Assembly (NCBI GenBank): GCA_031385045.1 | Contig: JANNBC010000013.1 | Coordinates: 32,001 to 96,000 of the forward strand | Source of the DNA: a bacterium | Lineage (GTDB): Bacteria; Bdellovibrionota_C; UBA2361; CALJRW01 | Reading direction: 5' to 3' | DNA: 64,000 nucleotides | Part shown: positions 1-8,012 of the stretch, one piece after another | Layout of the letters: the number at the start of each line of letters is the position of its first letter | Position numbering within the stretch: position 1 is the first letter of the stretch | Made by a program: the position numbers and the translations under genes | The notes under the pieces: model-generated | Database searches by the model: none | What the model was told of the DNA's origin: nothing | Seen by the model: the letters and a program-made list of their open reading frames with translations, nothing else

Positions 1-285
1 TTTAGATACCTTGGCATAACCATAACCAGGAAGATCTGTAATATAAATTTGGCGATCTTCAACTCCATTAGACAAGGTAACCAAATACAAGTTAATCTGT
101 TGTGTCTTACCAGGGCGGGAACTAACACGTGCTAAGGCACGGCGCCCACAGATGCGATTTAAGAGAGTAGATTTTCCAGCGTTAGAGCGACCAATAATGG
201 CAAACTCTGGCAATTGGTCAATTGGCAACTGTACAATATTAGCTGCTGAAATTAAAAATTCAGCACTCTTAACTTTCCAAGTCAT
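1..285 (-). CDS. engB: Ribosome biogenesis GTPase EngB/YihA/YsxC (5' part, runs off the window edge)
   Basis: Manual translation MTWKVKSAEFLISAA...PEFAIIGRSNAGKSTLLN...ARVSSRPGKTQQIN...DLPGYGYAKVSK carries the G1, G2 and G3 motifs typical of YihA. Not in the ORF track. Confidence 0.93.
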   Translation of the reverse strand, partial: MTWKVKSAEFLISAANIVQLPIDQLPEFAIIGRSNAGKSTLLNRICGRRALARVSSRPGKTQQINLYLVTLSNGVEDRQIYITDLPGYGYAKVSK

Positions 286-418
286 GCGCCTGCTCTTTAT
301 TAATTTGTTTTTCGATATTATTAATTTTCTTTCTAAGAACTAGCACATAGCTAGCAATTAACAACCAAACTACACTGTACCCCCAAAACAGTGCTTGATA
401 TGTATCAGGATTTTCCAT
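269..418 (-). CDS. ccmD: Heme exporter protein CcmD (49 aa)
   Basis: Manual translation MENPDTYQALFWGYSVVWLLIASYVLVLRKKINNIEKQINKEQAHDLES: one TM helix with Y-x3-W, then a charged tail. Starts right after the ccmC stop; below the ORF-track size cutoff. Confidence 0.8.
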   Translation of the reverse strand: MENPDTYQALFWGYSVVWLLIASYVLVLRKKINNIEKQINKEQAHDLES

Positions 419-419
419 T

Positions 420-1091
420 TTATTTTTTACTCCTAAATTCCAATCTAAGTCGCATTGAAATTAATAAAAACTGCCAAACTATGACAGCCAGAATAGTAAA
501 GCACATAGTATAAAGCATCACTGGTGGTAGCCCTGCTTTTTCTACAACTTCAGGATGAAGTTGTTTAGATGCTGGTAATAACTTAATTGAATAAACCATA
601 ATCGGCACAGTGATTGCACCAACAATCCCCAGTACCGCAGAATGATTAGCTCGTGACTCTGGATTATCAAAGGCTCGTAAGATATTAAATGCCAAAAAGA
701 TTAACCAAAGAAAAAGAAAAGTGACTAACCTTGGCTCCATTTGAAACCAAGTACCCCAACTGGCCTTACCCCAAATCATTCCAGTTGCCAGAACTATTGA
801 ACAAAAAAGAAACCCTACTTCACCGGCAGAAACATTTAAAGCATCAAAGAAACTATCTTTCTTAACTAAAAACAAAACACTAGAAATAAAAACTAAAGCA
901 AATGCTAGGTAGCAAGAGATCGCACTGCCTACGTGAAAATAAAGAATCCTCTGCACTGCTCCCATCGTTCTTTCATTCGGAACCACCATAAAGATTAAAT
1001 AATTCGCAATCGTAATCATAACTAAGGCAAGAGCCCAGAGTACTGGCTCAGATTTATTAAGAAAATTTTCTACTTTTTGAATTTTAGTCAT
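420..1091 (-). CDS. ccmC: Heme exporter protein CcmC
   Basis: RILYFHVGSA, Trp-rich GMIWGKASWGTWFQMEPRL, QLHP; six TM segments; ccm context. Confidence 0.92.
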   Translation of the reverse strand: MTKIQKVENFLNKSEPVLWALALVMITIANYLIFMVVPNERTMGAVQRILYFHVGSAISCYLAFALVFISSVLFLVKKDSFFDALNVSAGEVGFLFCSIVLATGMIWGKASWGTWFQMEPRLVTFLFLWLIFLAFNILRAFDNPESRANHSAVLGIVGAITVPIMVYSIKLLPASKQLHPEVVEKAGLPPVMLYTMCFTILAVIVWQFLLISMRLRLEFRSKK

Positions 1092-1246
1092 GGGGATTAG
1101 CTTTTTGGCTTACAGGTATACCAAGGGTAGCTTATTTTGACTAGTGTTTCCCCAAAATAAGCGCCTCCTTCCGCCCTAAGACCAAATCATGGACGGTAAT
1201 TTTTGAGTTTCGTAATCATCTGATTTTATTATCAATAGCTACTAGC

Positions 1247-1275
1247 TGAAGCAAAATATCTTGTTCTGCCGATAG
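1247..1275 (+). promoter_or_regulatory. Putative sigma28 (FliA/WhiG)-type promoter for the 847-aa ORF
   Basis: TGAAG-N16-GCCGATAG versus consensus TAAAG-N15-GCCGATAA; 28 nt upstream of ATG 1304. Confidence 0.45.
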
Positions 1276-1303
1276 GATCTAATCAGCTCCAATCGCGCTA
1301 ACT

Positions 1304-3847
1304 ATGAGTAAACTTGGCCTAGACGTTAATCCTAGTAAACAAATAGAAACACCAAGCACAGAATCTACTTCCACTTCAGCAATTAGCTCCAGATTAAATC
1401 AAGCAAGTGTTGGTATTGAACGAGCTAGAAATGATTTTGCAGAAAGCCAGAATCCTTTTAGCCATTTAAAGAAAAGAAAAAGACTAGCGGAGTCTTCTCT
1501 TCGGGAAATAAGCGAAGTTACTGAATCAGTAGAAGCACTAATAGAACAAAAAGATCTTCCAGAAGTAACACCACCAACTACAAGTGCTTTAGATATTAGC
1601 CAATCTTCCTTAGTAAATGCCGATCGAGAATTAGCCAAAAACTTGGAAGGACGTAGTCATGCGGGGGAACTAGTAATTAATTCATCTGCCAAAAACAAAC
1701 CGGCGAGTGAGGGAGCTAGTATCTTTGAAGATCAAACTAGATTACTCCAAGCAGAACAGCGAAAAGAAAGACTAGATGCTCTTCAACAACAAGCATTAAT
1801 CTTAGAGTTAAGTAGAGATCAAGCAAGACTAATTGCTAAAGAACAATTTAAGGACAATCCAAATCGTGTCTTAACCAATGATGAATTTCAATCTTCATTA
1901 AAAAAAATACTCTCTGAAACAAATGCTAATCAACCACTGGCTAGCCAAATCCAAGAAGAGTTTGTTAAAACATACATCAAAGAAAGAGAAAAACTTTTTG
2001 AGGAGATGAACTGGGCCAAGCGCAAATATTACCAGGCTAAAGGTTGGTGCTCTGGAAAAATTGACCAGCTACAAAATTTTGGACATGAAGTTGCGGACAC
2101 CTGTGTCGCAGTTAGTAAGGGCATTTCTAAACTAGCAGTTGGTGCTTACGAATTAGCCTCAAACCTTGATTGGAAAAAAATCGGAGAAGGAAGTTTAAAA
2201 ATCTTAGCCACCTGCGGGAAAGCATTAATAGATCCTGATTTCTATTTAAGCGTAGCAGAATGGACCGGAAAAGCAGCTCTTTGGACACTTAAAACTGTCG
2301 GAAAAACTTTAATTCATATCGCAACAGATCCAATTGGCTGCATCAAAGGAGCTTGGGGTTTTATTTGTGAAATGTCTTCCTCCATGGGGCTAACTCAAAT
2401 GATTAATGGAGTTGTCTGTTTTGCCAAAGCTCCTTATCAGTATTTAATTGATTTAGTAAAACCTGGTGGTGGATTTGCAGTCGCCAATCATAATTTAAAA
2501 GAAAATTTAATTGCTGCTAAAGATGGAGTAGTTGGTGCCCTACAATGCGTCTGTCAAATTACTGGACTAGCGGATTGCTACTACACGATTAAGCATGCCG
2601 GCAAAGCCTTGATTCTTTATGGCCAAGGGAAAAATCTAGAAGCAGCCTTAGAGGGCGGACAAGCATTAATGCACTTAGCTTTTGCTATTGCTTCAGCCAG
2701 CAGTATCGTAGCAACAGTTTCAACGCTGGGCGCTGCCAGTGGAACTGTCGCTATGGTGGTAACAGGTCGCTTAAGTCTAAACGAAGGGATCGAGCAAATT
2801 GGGAAACAGGCACTAAAAGCATTTGGCAAAGAGCTTGCTGAAAACGCTTTAGGTAATGTACCTAAAAATGTTTTAGAATCTGTAACAGAACAAGCTTCTC
2901 GGGAAGCTGGAGAAACACTAGCCAAAGAAACTGTGGAAATGATCACTAAAGCTGGCTCAGAAGAAATAACCAAGGAGACTGCCCATCAGATTGTCGCCCA
3001 AGTTACTAAGCGAGCTGCCGTGCTGGGGGAAATTGCCGGGAAAGAAATTGTCGAAAAATCTGGATTATCCAAAGCCCTAACAGAAAGTGCTGAAATCCTT
3101 TTTCAGCAACTGCAACATGGAAATAGAGCCTTAACAAAACACTTAGTAGAAACCGGTTTCTCTAAGGTTGAAGCCAAAGCAATGACTCAAGCAGCGACCC
3201 AGTTGTTTAGAAATAGCGCTACTAAAAAAGAAATTATTGAAGTTCTAGCAGAAGAAGCCTCCAAGAGAATTGCGAAAGAAGTCGAAGCAAGGGCTACACA
3301 CTATTTTGTCGAGAGCTTTGAAACACACTTAGCTTCAGCACTATTAACAAATGCCGCTTTTAAACAGTCCTTGGAAGCAATTTCTAAAAAAGCTGGAATT
3401 ACCTCCGCTAAGTTCATGAGTCAATTAGTGGAAGGTGCTGCTAAAGGATTTAAGGAAGGTCTGGAAAAAGGACTTCGCGAGGCTGTAGAATTAGCTATTA
3501 AAAAAGCTTTGGCTAAAGTTCGCTTTCATCTAAAAGTATCTAAAAACTCCGGCAATAATCATAAGAATCGGACAACCTCATTAATTGAAATTGATGATAG
3601 TGATGTTGAATATTTCTTAGAAGATATCAAAACTGAAAAATTAGAAACTCAAGCTTTAAAGATATCAAAAACACTTAGTGAGCTTGATAAAAAGTTTGAG
3701 ATTGAAGTTAAAGATGGGGTAATGATTAGAGTCGAATACTATGTAATTGACACTAGTAAGATTTATACAGGGAAAAGAGATATTATCGGGAGTAGCGACC
3801 CAATCGCCAGAGAAAGAGTAAAAGCAGTAGAGAAAGAAATATACTAA
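1304..3847 (+). CDS. Large hypothetical protein (coiled-coil N-terminus, central hydrophobic hairpin, Ala/Lys/Glu-rich helical C-terminal half); translocator/pore-former-like architecture
   Basis: 847-aa ORF with hydrophobic segment ALMHLAFAIASASSIVATVSTLGAASGTVAMVVTG followed by amphipathic A/K/E helices. No family recognised. Confidence 0.6.
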   Translation: MSKLGLDVNPSKQIETPSTESTSTSAISSRLNQASVGIERARNDFAESQNPFSHLKKRKRLAESSLREISEVTESVEALIEQKDLPEVTPPTTSALDISQSSLVNADRELAKNLEGRSHAGELVINSSAKNKPASEGASIFEDQTRLLQAEQRKERLDALQQQALILELSRDQARLIAKEQFKDNPNRVLTNDEFQSSLKKILSETNANQPLASQIQEEFVKTYIKEREKLFEEMNWAKRKYYQAKGWCSGKIDQLQNFGHEVADTCVAVSKGISKLAVGAYELASNLDWKKIGEGSLKILATCGKALIDPDFYLSVAEWTGKAALWTLKTVGKTLIHIATDPIGCIKGAWGFICEMSSSMGLTQMINGVVCFAKAPYQYLIDLVKPGGGFAVANHNLKENLIAAKDGVVGALQCVCQITGLADCYYTIKHAGKALILYGQGKNLEAALEGGQALMHLAFAIASASSIVATVSTLGAASGTVAMVVTGRLSLNEGIEQIGKQALKAFGKELAENALGNVPKNVLESVTEQASREAGETLAKETVEMITKAGSEEITKETAHQIVAQVTKRAAVLGEIAGKEIVEKSGLSKALTESAEILFQQLQHGNRALTKHLVETGFSKVEAKAMTQAATQLFRNSATKKEIIEVLAEEASKRIAKEVEARATHYFVESFETHLASALLTNAAFKQSLEAISKKAGITSAKFMSQLVEGAAKGFKEGLEKGLREAVELAIKKALAKVRFHLKVSKNSGNNHKNRTTSLIEIDDSDVEYFLEDIKTEKLETQALKISKTLSELDKKFEIEVKDGVMIRVEYYVIDTSKIYTGKRDIIGSSDPIARERVKAVEKEIY

Positions 3848-4053
3848 AACCCCTTAGGTTTTACCGAACTGCTAGGAAAAATGCTGATCGCATTTTTAGT
3901 TGATTGGGGTTTTAGTATATTTGTTTTCCCCAGCTAAAATGCTCATAAGATAAGCATTTTAGCCTGAGCGACCCCCTTGGGTCGCTACAAGCGCTTTGCG
4001 CTTGATATACTAGGCGAATTTTAGAACAGTAATTTCTAATGTCGCCTAGTATA
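3840..4053. repeat. ~215-bp multi-hairpin dispersed element, copy 1 (TATA-ended MITE-like element or structured ncRNA)
   Basis: Perfect IRs TATACTAAAACCCC/GGGGTTTTAGTATA (3840-3853, 3906-3919) and TATACTAGGCGA/TCGCCTAGTATA (4006-4017, 4042-4053), plus four further hairpins. Colinear with 50802-51017. Confidence 0.8.
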
Positions 4054-4103
4054 GCTGATAATTTCCTAGTTAGTAGAAATATCGGAGTATAGTCAGTGAG
4101 CAC

Positions 4104-4787
4104 TTAGGAAGAATTCTTTAAGGAATATCCGTATAAATTAATCCCTAAGACTACATACAAAACATTTAAAAAACAGAGCAAGGTAAACCAACTATCTAGC
4201 CAACTAAACTCTTGATTCAAAATTAGATTAAAGGACAACTCCATTCCAGCAAAGAAAATCGGAAAGACCAGTGGTAAAAGGATTAATGGCAACAACAAAC
4301 TTTGATACTTAGAGTTACAGGTTAAGGCGGAAAGGAGAGTTGCTAAGGCAGAATATGAAATAGATACCAGCAAGCCAATTAGTATTAATGTTGGCAAGAA
4401 TTTTACAAGGCTAACACTTAGCAATACGCTTAAAATTACAAAACTAATTCCTAAACCAAGTGCCAACCCACAACAATTAACAATGACCTTAGAAAGATAA
4501 AGCAAACTCAAATCTGCCTTTCTAACAATGAAATGATTAATAGCACCCTGCTCTGATTCTGCAGCTAAACTCTTACTAATAAAAATACTACCAGTAATAA
4601 TAAAAACAATCGTTGTGAAAATTAAAACTAACTCTGGATAAATTTTCCGATCTAGCAAGTATGAGTTAATTCCAAAAGCAATTAAGACTGTCAGCATAAA
4701 ACTTAACAGCAAATGGAGAATTAAATCTTTAGGGTTGCTAGCCAAAAGACGCAAGTCTTTAGTGATTAAAAATTGGAGCTGCTTCAT
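4104..4787 (-). CDS. ccmB: Heme exporter permease CcmB
   Basis: Six-TM protein with KDLRL, ESEQGA and LLLPLILLPLVFPI motifs; overlaps ccmA. Confidence 0.88.
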   Translation of the reverse strand: MKQLQFLITKDLRLLASNPKDLILHLLLSFMLTVLIAFGINSYLLDRKIYPELVLIFTTIVFIITGSIFISKSLAAESEQGAINHFIVRKADLSLLYLSKVIVNCCGLALGLGISFVILSVLLSVSLVKFLPTLILIGLLVSISYSALATLLSALTCNSKYQSLLLPLILLPLVFPIFFAGMELSFNLILNQEFSWLDSWFTLLCFLNVLYVVLGINLYGYSLKNSS

Positions 4788-5464
4788 GACTTCAGTAACT
4801 CCAAATAACGCTGATTGATAGCTGAAAGACTAAAACCAAGATCCGACTTATCGTAAATTAAATCTAAACCTGAAGAACCTAAATAGTAAATCCGATCTGC
4901 AAATTCAAAATAATCACTAAGCTCATGGGTGATTAATAAGACACTAGCTTGCTTTCGTTGCTTAAGTTGGAATAATTCTTTCATCAGTAAATCCTTACCT
5001 AAGTGATCTAGATTACTACTAGGCTCATCCAATAAAAAAAGATTAGCCGGCATTGCAAAATGAATCGCCAGCGATAACCTTTTTGCTTGGCCTTGTGAGA
5101 GCTTCTCAATTGTTAAGTCTGCTTGTACCAAGAGATCCCAGCGTCTTAGTAAATCATCCACTTCACTAGGAATAGAAAAAAACCCTCTGATAAATTCTAA
5201 GTTTTGACGGACGGTTAGATCAAGATAAAGCTGGGAATCATGACCTAAATATGAAGTTAGCAAATCCTTATCGGCAATAACTTTACCTGTAGAACAAGAT
5301 AACAACCCTGCAAGTATTTTTAGAAATGTAGATTTACCTACACCATTGGCTCCCAGAATTATTTGAAATTTGCCTTTGGACAGATCTAAATTAAGATTTG
5401 TTAAGATTTTTTTATTACCTATCTGGTAATCAAGCCCCCTAATTTCCAGTAGATGATTATTCAT
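4784..5464 (-). CDS. ccmA: Heme ABC exporter ATP-binding protein CcmA
   Basis: Walker A GANGVGKST, YLGH, LSQGQ signature, LLDEP; lies between ccmF and ccmB. Confidence 0.9.
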   Translation of the reverse strand: MNNHLLEIRGLDYQIGNKKILTNLNLDLSKGKFQIILGANGVGKSTFLKILAGLLSCSTGKVIADKDLLTSYLGHDSQLYLDLTVRQNLEFIRGFFSIPSEVDDLLRRWDLLVQADLTIEKLSQGQAKRLSLAIHFAMPANLFLLDEPSSNLDHLGKDLLMKELFQLKQRKQASVLLITHELSDYFEFADRIYYLGSSGLDLIYDKSDLGFSLSAINQRYLELLKS

Positions 5465-7415
5465 TAATTGATAAGTTCTTGTCAGTTACAATTAGTAATG
5501 TTCCTAAAAGCATAATCAGTACACCAAACCACAACCAAACTTGCAAGGGATTAATAAAGACTTTAAAGCTGGCACGATCCCCAGCTTCGTTTAAGCCTGC
5601 CAAGATTAAATACAAATCATTTTTAAGGCCCATTTTTAAGGCTACTTCCGTAGTGCTCTCGCCATTTTTTTTATAGCGGCGTAACTCTGGTTGTAAGCTA
5701 GCATATAAATCCATGCCTGGCCGATAAGCAGTTACTAATCCCTGAAGACCAATAAAGTTTTCATTCTCCAGATCCTTAAGTTCATTTAATTCCAATTGGT
5801 AACCACCAACCTGATAACTCTCCCCAACGGCTAAGCTAAACTCTTTCTCGATCTTTCCTGACATCGACGCTGTAATTCCAACAGCAACAACCGCAACACC
5901 AATGTGCACTAAGTAGCCAGCGGACTTTCGGCGATGAGCTTTCCAACTAGCAAGCATCCCAAGAGGATAAGAAACTTTTGCTGTGCGTTGATATTGCTTA
6001 CCGCCTTGATGAAACTCACTACCAATTGCCATAACTATTAATAAAGATAAGGAGTAAGAAAGAATCGAGTAGAAACTAGGTACTCCAGCCCAAGTGAGAA
6101 TAACTGCTAATAACACTGCTGAGAAAAAAGGAACGCTTGCTTGGCGCAGGAAGTTTTTGATATTTCCTTTTTTCCAAGCAACTAATGGGCCAAGCGCCAT
6201 AAAAAATAACATCATCAGAAAAAGTGGAATGTTAATCGCATTGAAAAATGGAATACCAATGGCTTGTTTCGTACCAGTTAATGCTTCTGAAAAAACTGGA
6301 AACATAACTCCCCAAAAAGTTGCGAAGCAGATACTTACAAAAATTAAATTGTTAATTAAAAAAACTACTTCCCTAGAAAATAAACTTTCTAAACGACGCT
6401 CTGGTCGTAAGGCTTTTCTTCTCCACCAAACAAGCGTAACTGCTACTGTTAGTAACAGGCCAAGATAAATCAAGAAGGCTGGTCCAATATTAGTTTTAGC
6501 AAAAGAATGGACACTTTGAACAATTCCAGACCTCGTTAAGAATGTTCCAAAGACAGTGAGCCCATAAGTTCCAGTAATTAAAAAGATATTCCAAATTTTT
6601 AATAAGCCTTTTTTCTCTTGAACCAAAACAGAGTGAAGGTAAGCAGTCCCCAATAACCAGGGAAGAAACGAAGAATTCTCAACTGGATCCCAAGCCCAAA
6701 AACCACCCCAGCCTAACTCTAAGTATGCCCAATGACCACCAAGCGTAATACCTGCTGTTAAAAATCCCCAGGCAATTAATGTCCAACGACAACTATATCG
6801 AATCCACTCTTTATCTAGTTTTCCACTTAACAAACTAGCCAGCGCAAAAGCATAAGGAACGGCAAAGGCCGTAAATCCTAAATAAAGTGTTGGCGGATGA
6901 ATCGCCATGTAGGGATTTTGGAGTAAAGGATTAAGCCCATTACCTTCTGGTGGAATAAATCCTGCTTGTAAAAATCTAAATGGATTGGTGAAATAAAGAA
7001 CAACTGTCAGAAAAAATAACCCCGAAGAATTAAGTACACAGACTAAGTATGGGATGAGTTGTGGAGAATACTTACCAGAAGTTAAACCAACAATGGCTGA
7101 GAAAAATGTAATCAACACAGCCCAAAGTAACATCGAACCATCCATTCCACCCCAGATAGCAGTGATCTTATAAATGTCTGACATCCCACGGTTAGAATGT
7201 TGCCAAACATATTGATTAGTATAATCGTCGTTTAAAAATAAAACTGCTAGAACCACCAAAGCGCTAACGCCAATTAATCCTGCGAAAACAGTTCCCATTC
7301 TGAGCAAGAAATTATAACGATAGTTCTGTTTAAAACCAAGAATCCCACCAGTGAGAAATCCCACGAGAACAAGAGACCATGCAGAGAAGAGTAAGATTTG
7401 TCCTAGGATATTCAT
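5457..7415 (-). CDS. ccmF: Cytochrome c heme lyase CcmF
   Basis: GLNPLLQ, IHPP, WAYLELGWGGFWAWDPVEN, SVHSFA. Confidence 0.97.
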   Translation of the reverse strand: MNILGQILLFSAWSLVLVGFLTGGILGFKQNYRYNFLLRMGTVFAGLIGVSALVVLAVLFLNDDYTNQYVWQHSNRGMSDIYKITAIWGGMDGSMLLWAVLITFFSAIVGLTSGKYSPQLIPYLVCVLNSSGLFFLTVVLYFTNPFRFLQAGFIPPEGNGLNPLLQNPYMAIHPPTLYLGFTAFAVPYAFALASLLSGKLDKEWIRYSCRWTLIAWGFLTAGITLGGHWAYLELGWGGFWAWDPVENSSFLPWLLGTAYLHSVLVQEKKGLLKIWNIFLITGTYGLTVFGTFLTRSGIVQSVHSFAKTNIGPAFLIYLGLLLTVAVTLVWWRRKALRPERRLESLFSREVVFLINNLIFVSICFATFWGVMFPVFSEALTGTKQAIGIPFFNAINIPLFLMMLFFMALGPLVAWKKGNIKNFLRQASVPFFSAVLLAVILTWAGVPSFYSILSYSLSLLIVMAIGSEFHQGGKQYQRTAKVSYPLGMLASWKAHRRKSAGYLVHIGVAVVAVGITASMSGKIEKEFSLAVGESYQVGGYQLELNELKDLENENFIGLQGLVTAYRPGMDLYASLQPELRRYKKNGESTTEVALKMGLKNDLYLILAGLNEAGDRASFKVFINPLQVWLWFGVLIMLLGTLLIVTDKNLSINE

Positions 7416-7446
7416 ATTTAATATTTATTAACGCTAACTTCTAGCT

Positions 7447-7872
7447 TTATAAGTTTGTTTCTTTCGGCTTCGGTGGTTGATACTTGGAAGGGCATTGAGT
7501 TAGTAATTGCTTAGCAATTAAAACTCCATCAATAAATTCGCCATCAATAATTACATCTCTTCCAACTGCAAACATATCTGGCTTAATTCCAGCGTAAGAT
7601 ACCGGCAAGATAACCGGACTCTTTCCGTCTGGATCCTTAATTTGGAAATCTAGCTTAAAGGCCGGTTGAACGGCATAGTTCACCTCTCCATCAGCAACTC
7701 GCCCCGCAACTCGCACCCGTCTCATCTCTTGGGTCTTAGCCATTAGCTCAGAAGGCAAATAAACTGAAGATGTTCCATTACTTAGGCCTTGAGTTAGGAG
7801 CAAGGCAAAAAAAGCCAAAAAAAGAGCGCCGATGGAAAAGAGTTTTAATTTCATACCATATATATGTAGCAA
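7447..7872 (-). CDS. ccmE: Heme chaperone CcmE, CxxxY variant
   Basis: N-terminal TM, VRVAG, YAGIKPDMF, LLTQCPSKY. True start may be the ATG a few codons in. Confidence 0.92.
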   Translation of the reverse strand: MLHIYGMKLKLFSIGALFLAFFALLLTQGLSNGTSSVYLPSELMAKTQEMRRVRVAGRVADGEVNYAVQPAFKLDFQIKDPDGKSPVILPVSYAGIKPDMFAVGRDVIIDGEFIDGVLIAKQLLTQCPSKYQPPKPKETNL

Positions 7873-8012
7873 AAATTGGTGAATAATTACAGTTCTAGGG
7901 GCAACATAATCTTTTATTTTTCGATCTAGGGAACTACCCTCTTGCTACCGATAAAAGGGTCTTAGTTTTAATTTATTGAATTATCTGCAATTCATGATAT
8001 AGATCGCTCCTT

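Noticed and set aside
152..343. 63-aa plus-strand ORF
   Set aside because: Antisense shadow of engB and ccmD, which have clear motifs on the minus strand.
3840..4053. Known riboswitch, tRNA or CRISPR identity for the structured repeat
   Set aside because: I recognised no c-di-GMP, c-di-AMP, SAM or T-box consensus, no cloverleaf and no repeat-spacer periodicity; a covariance-model search is still needed.
3912..4103. 63-aa minus-strand ORF after ccmB as a possible ccm gene
   Set aside because: Lies mostly within the palindromic repeat and has no TM helix; the real ccmD is at 269-418.
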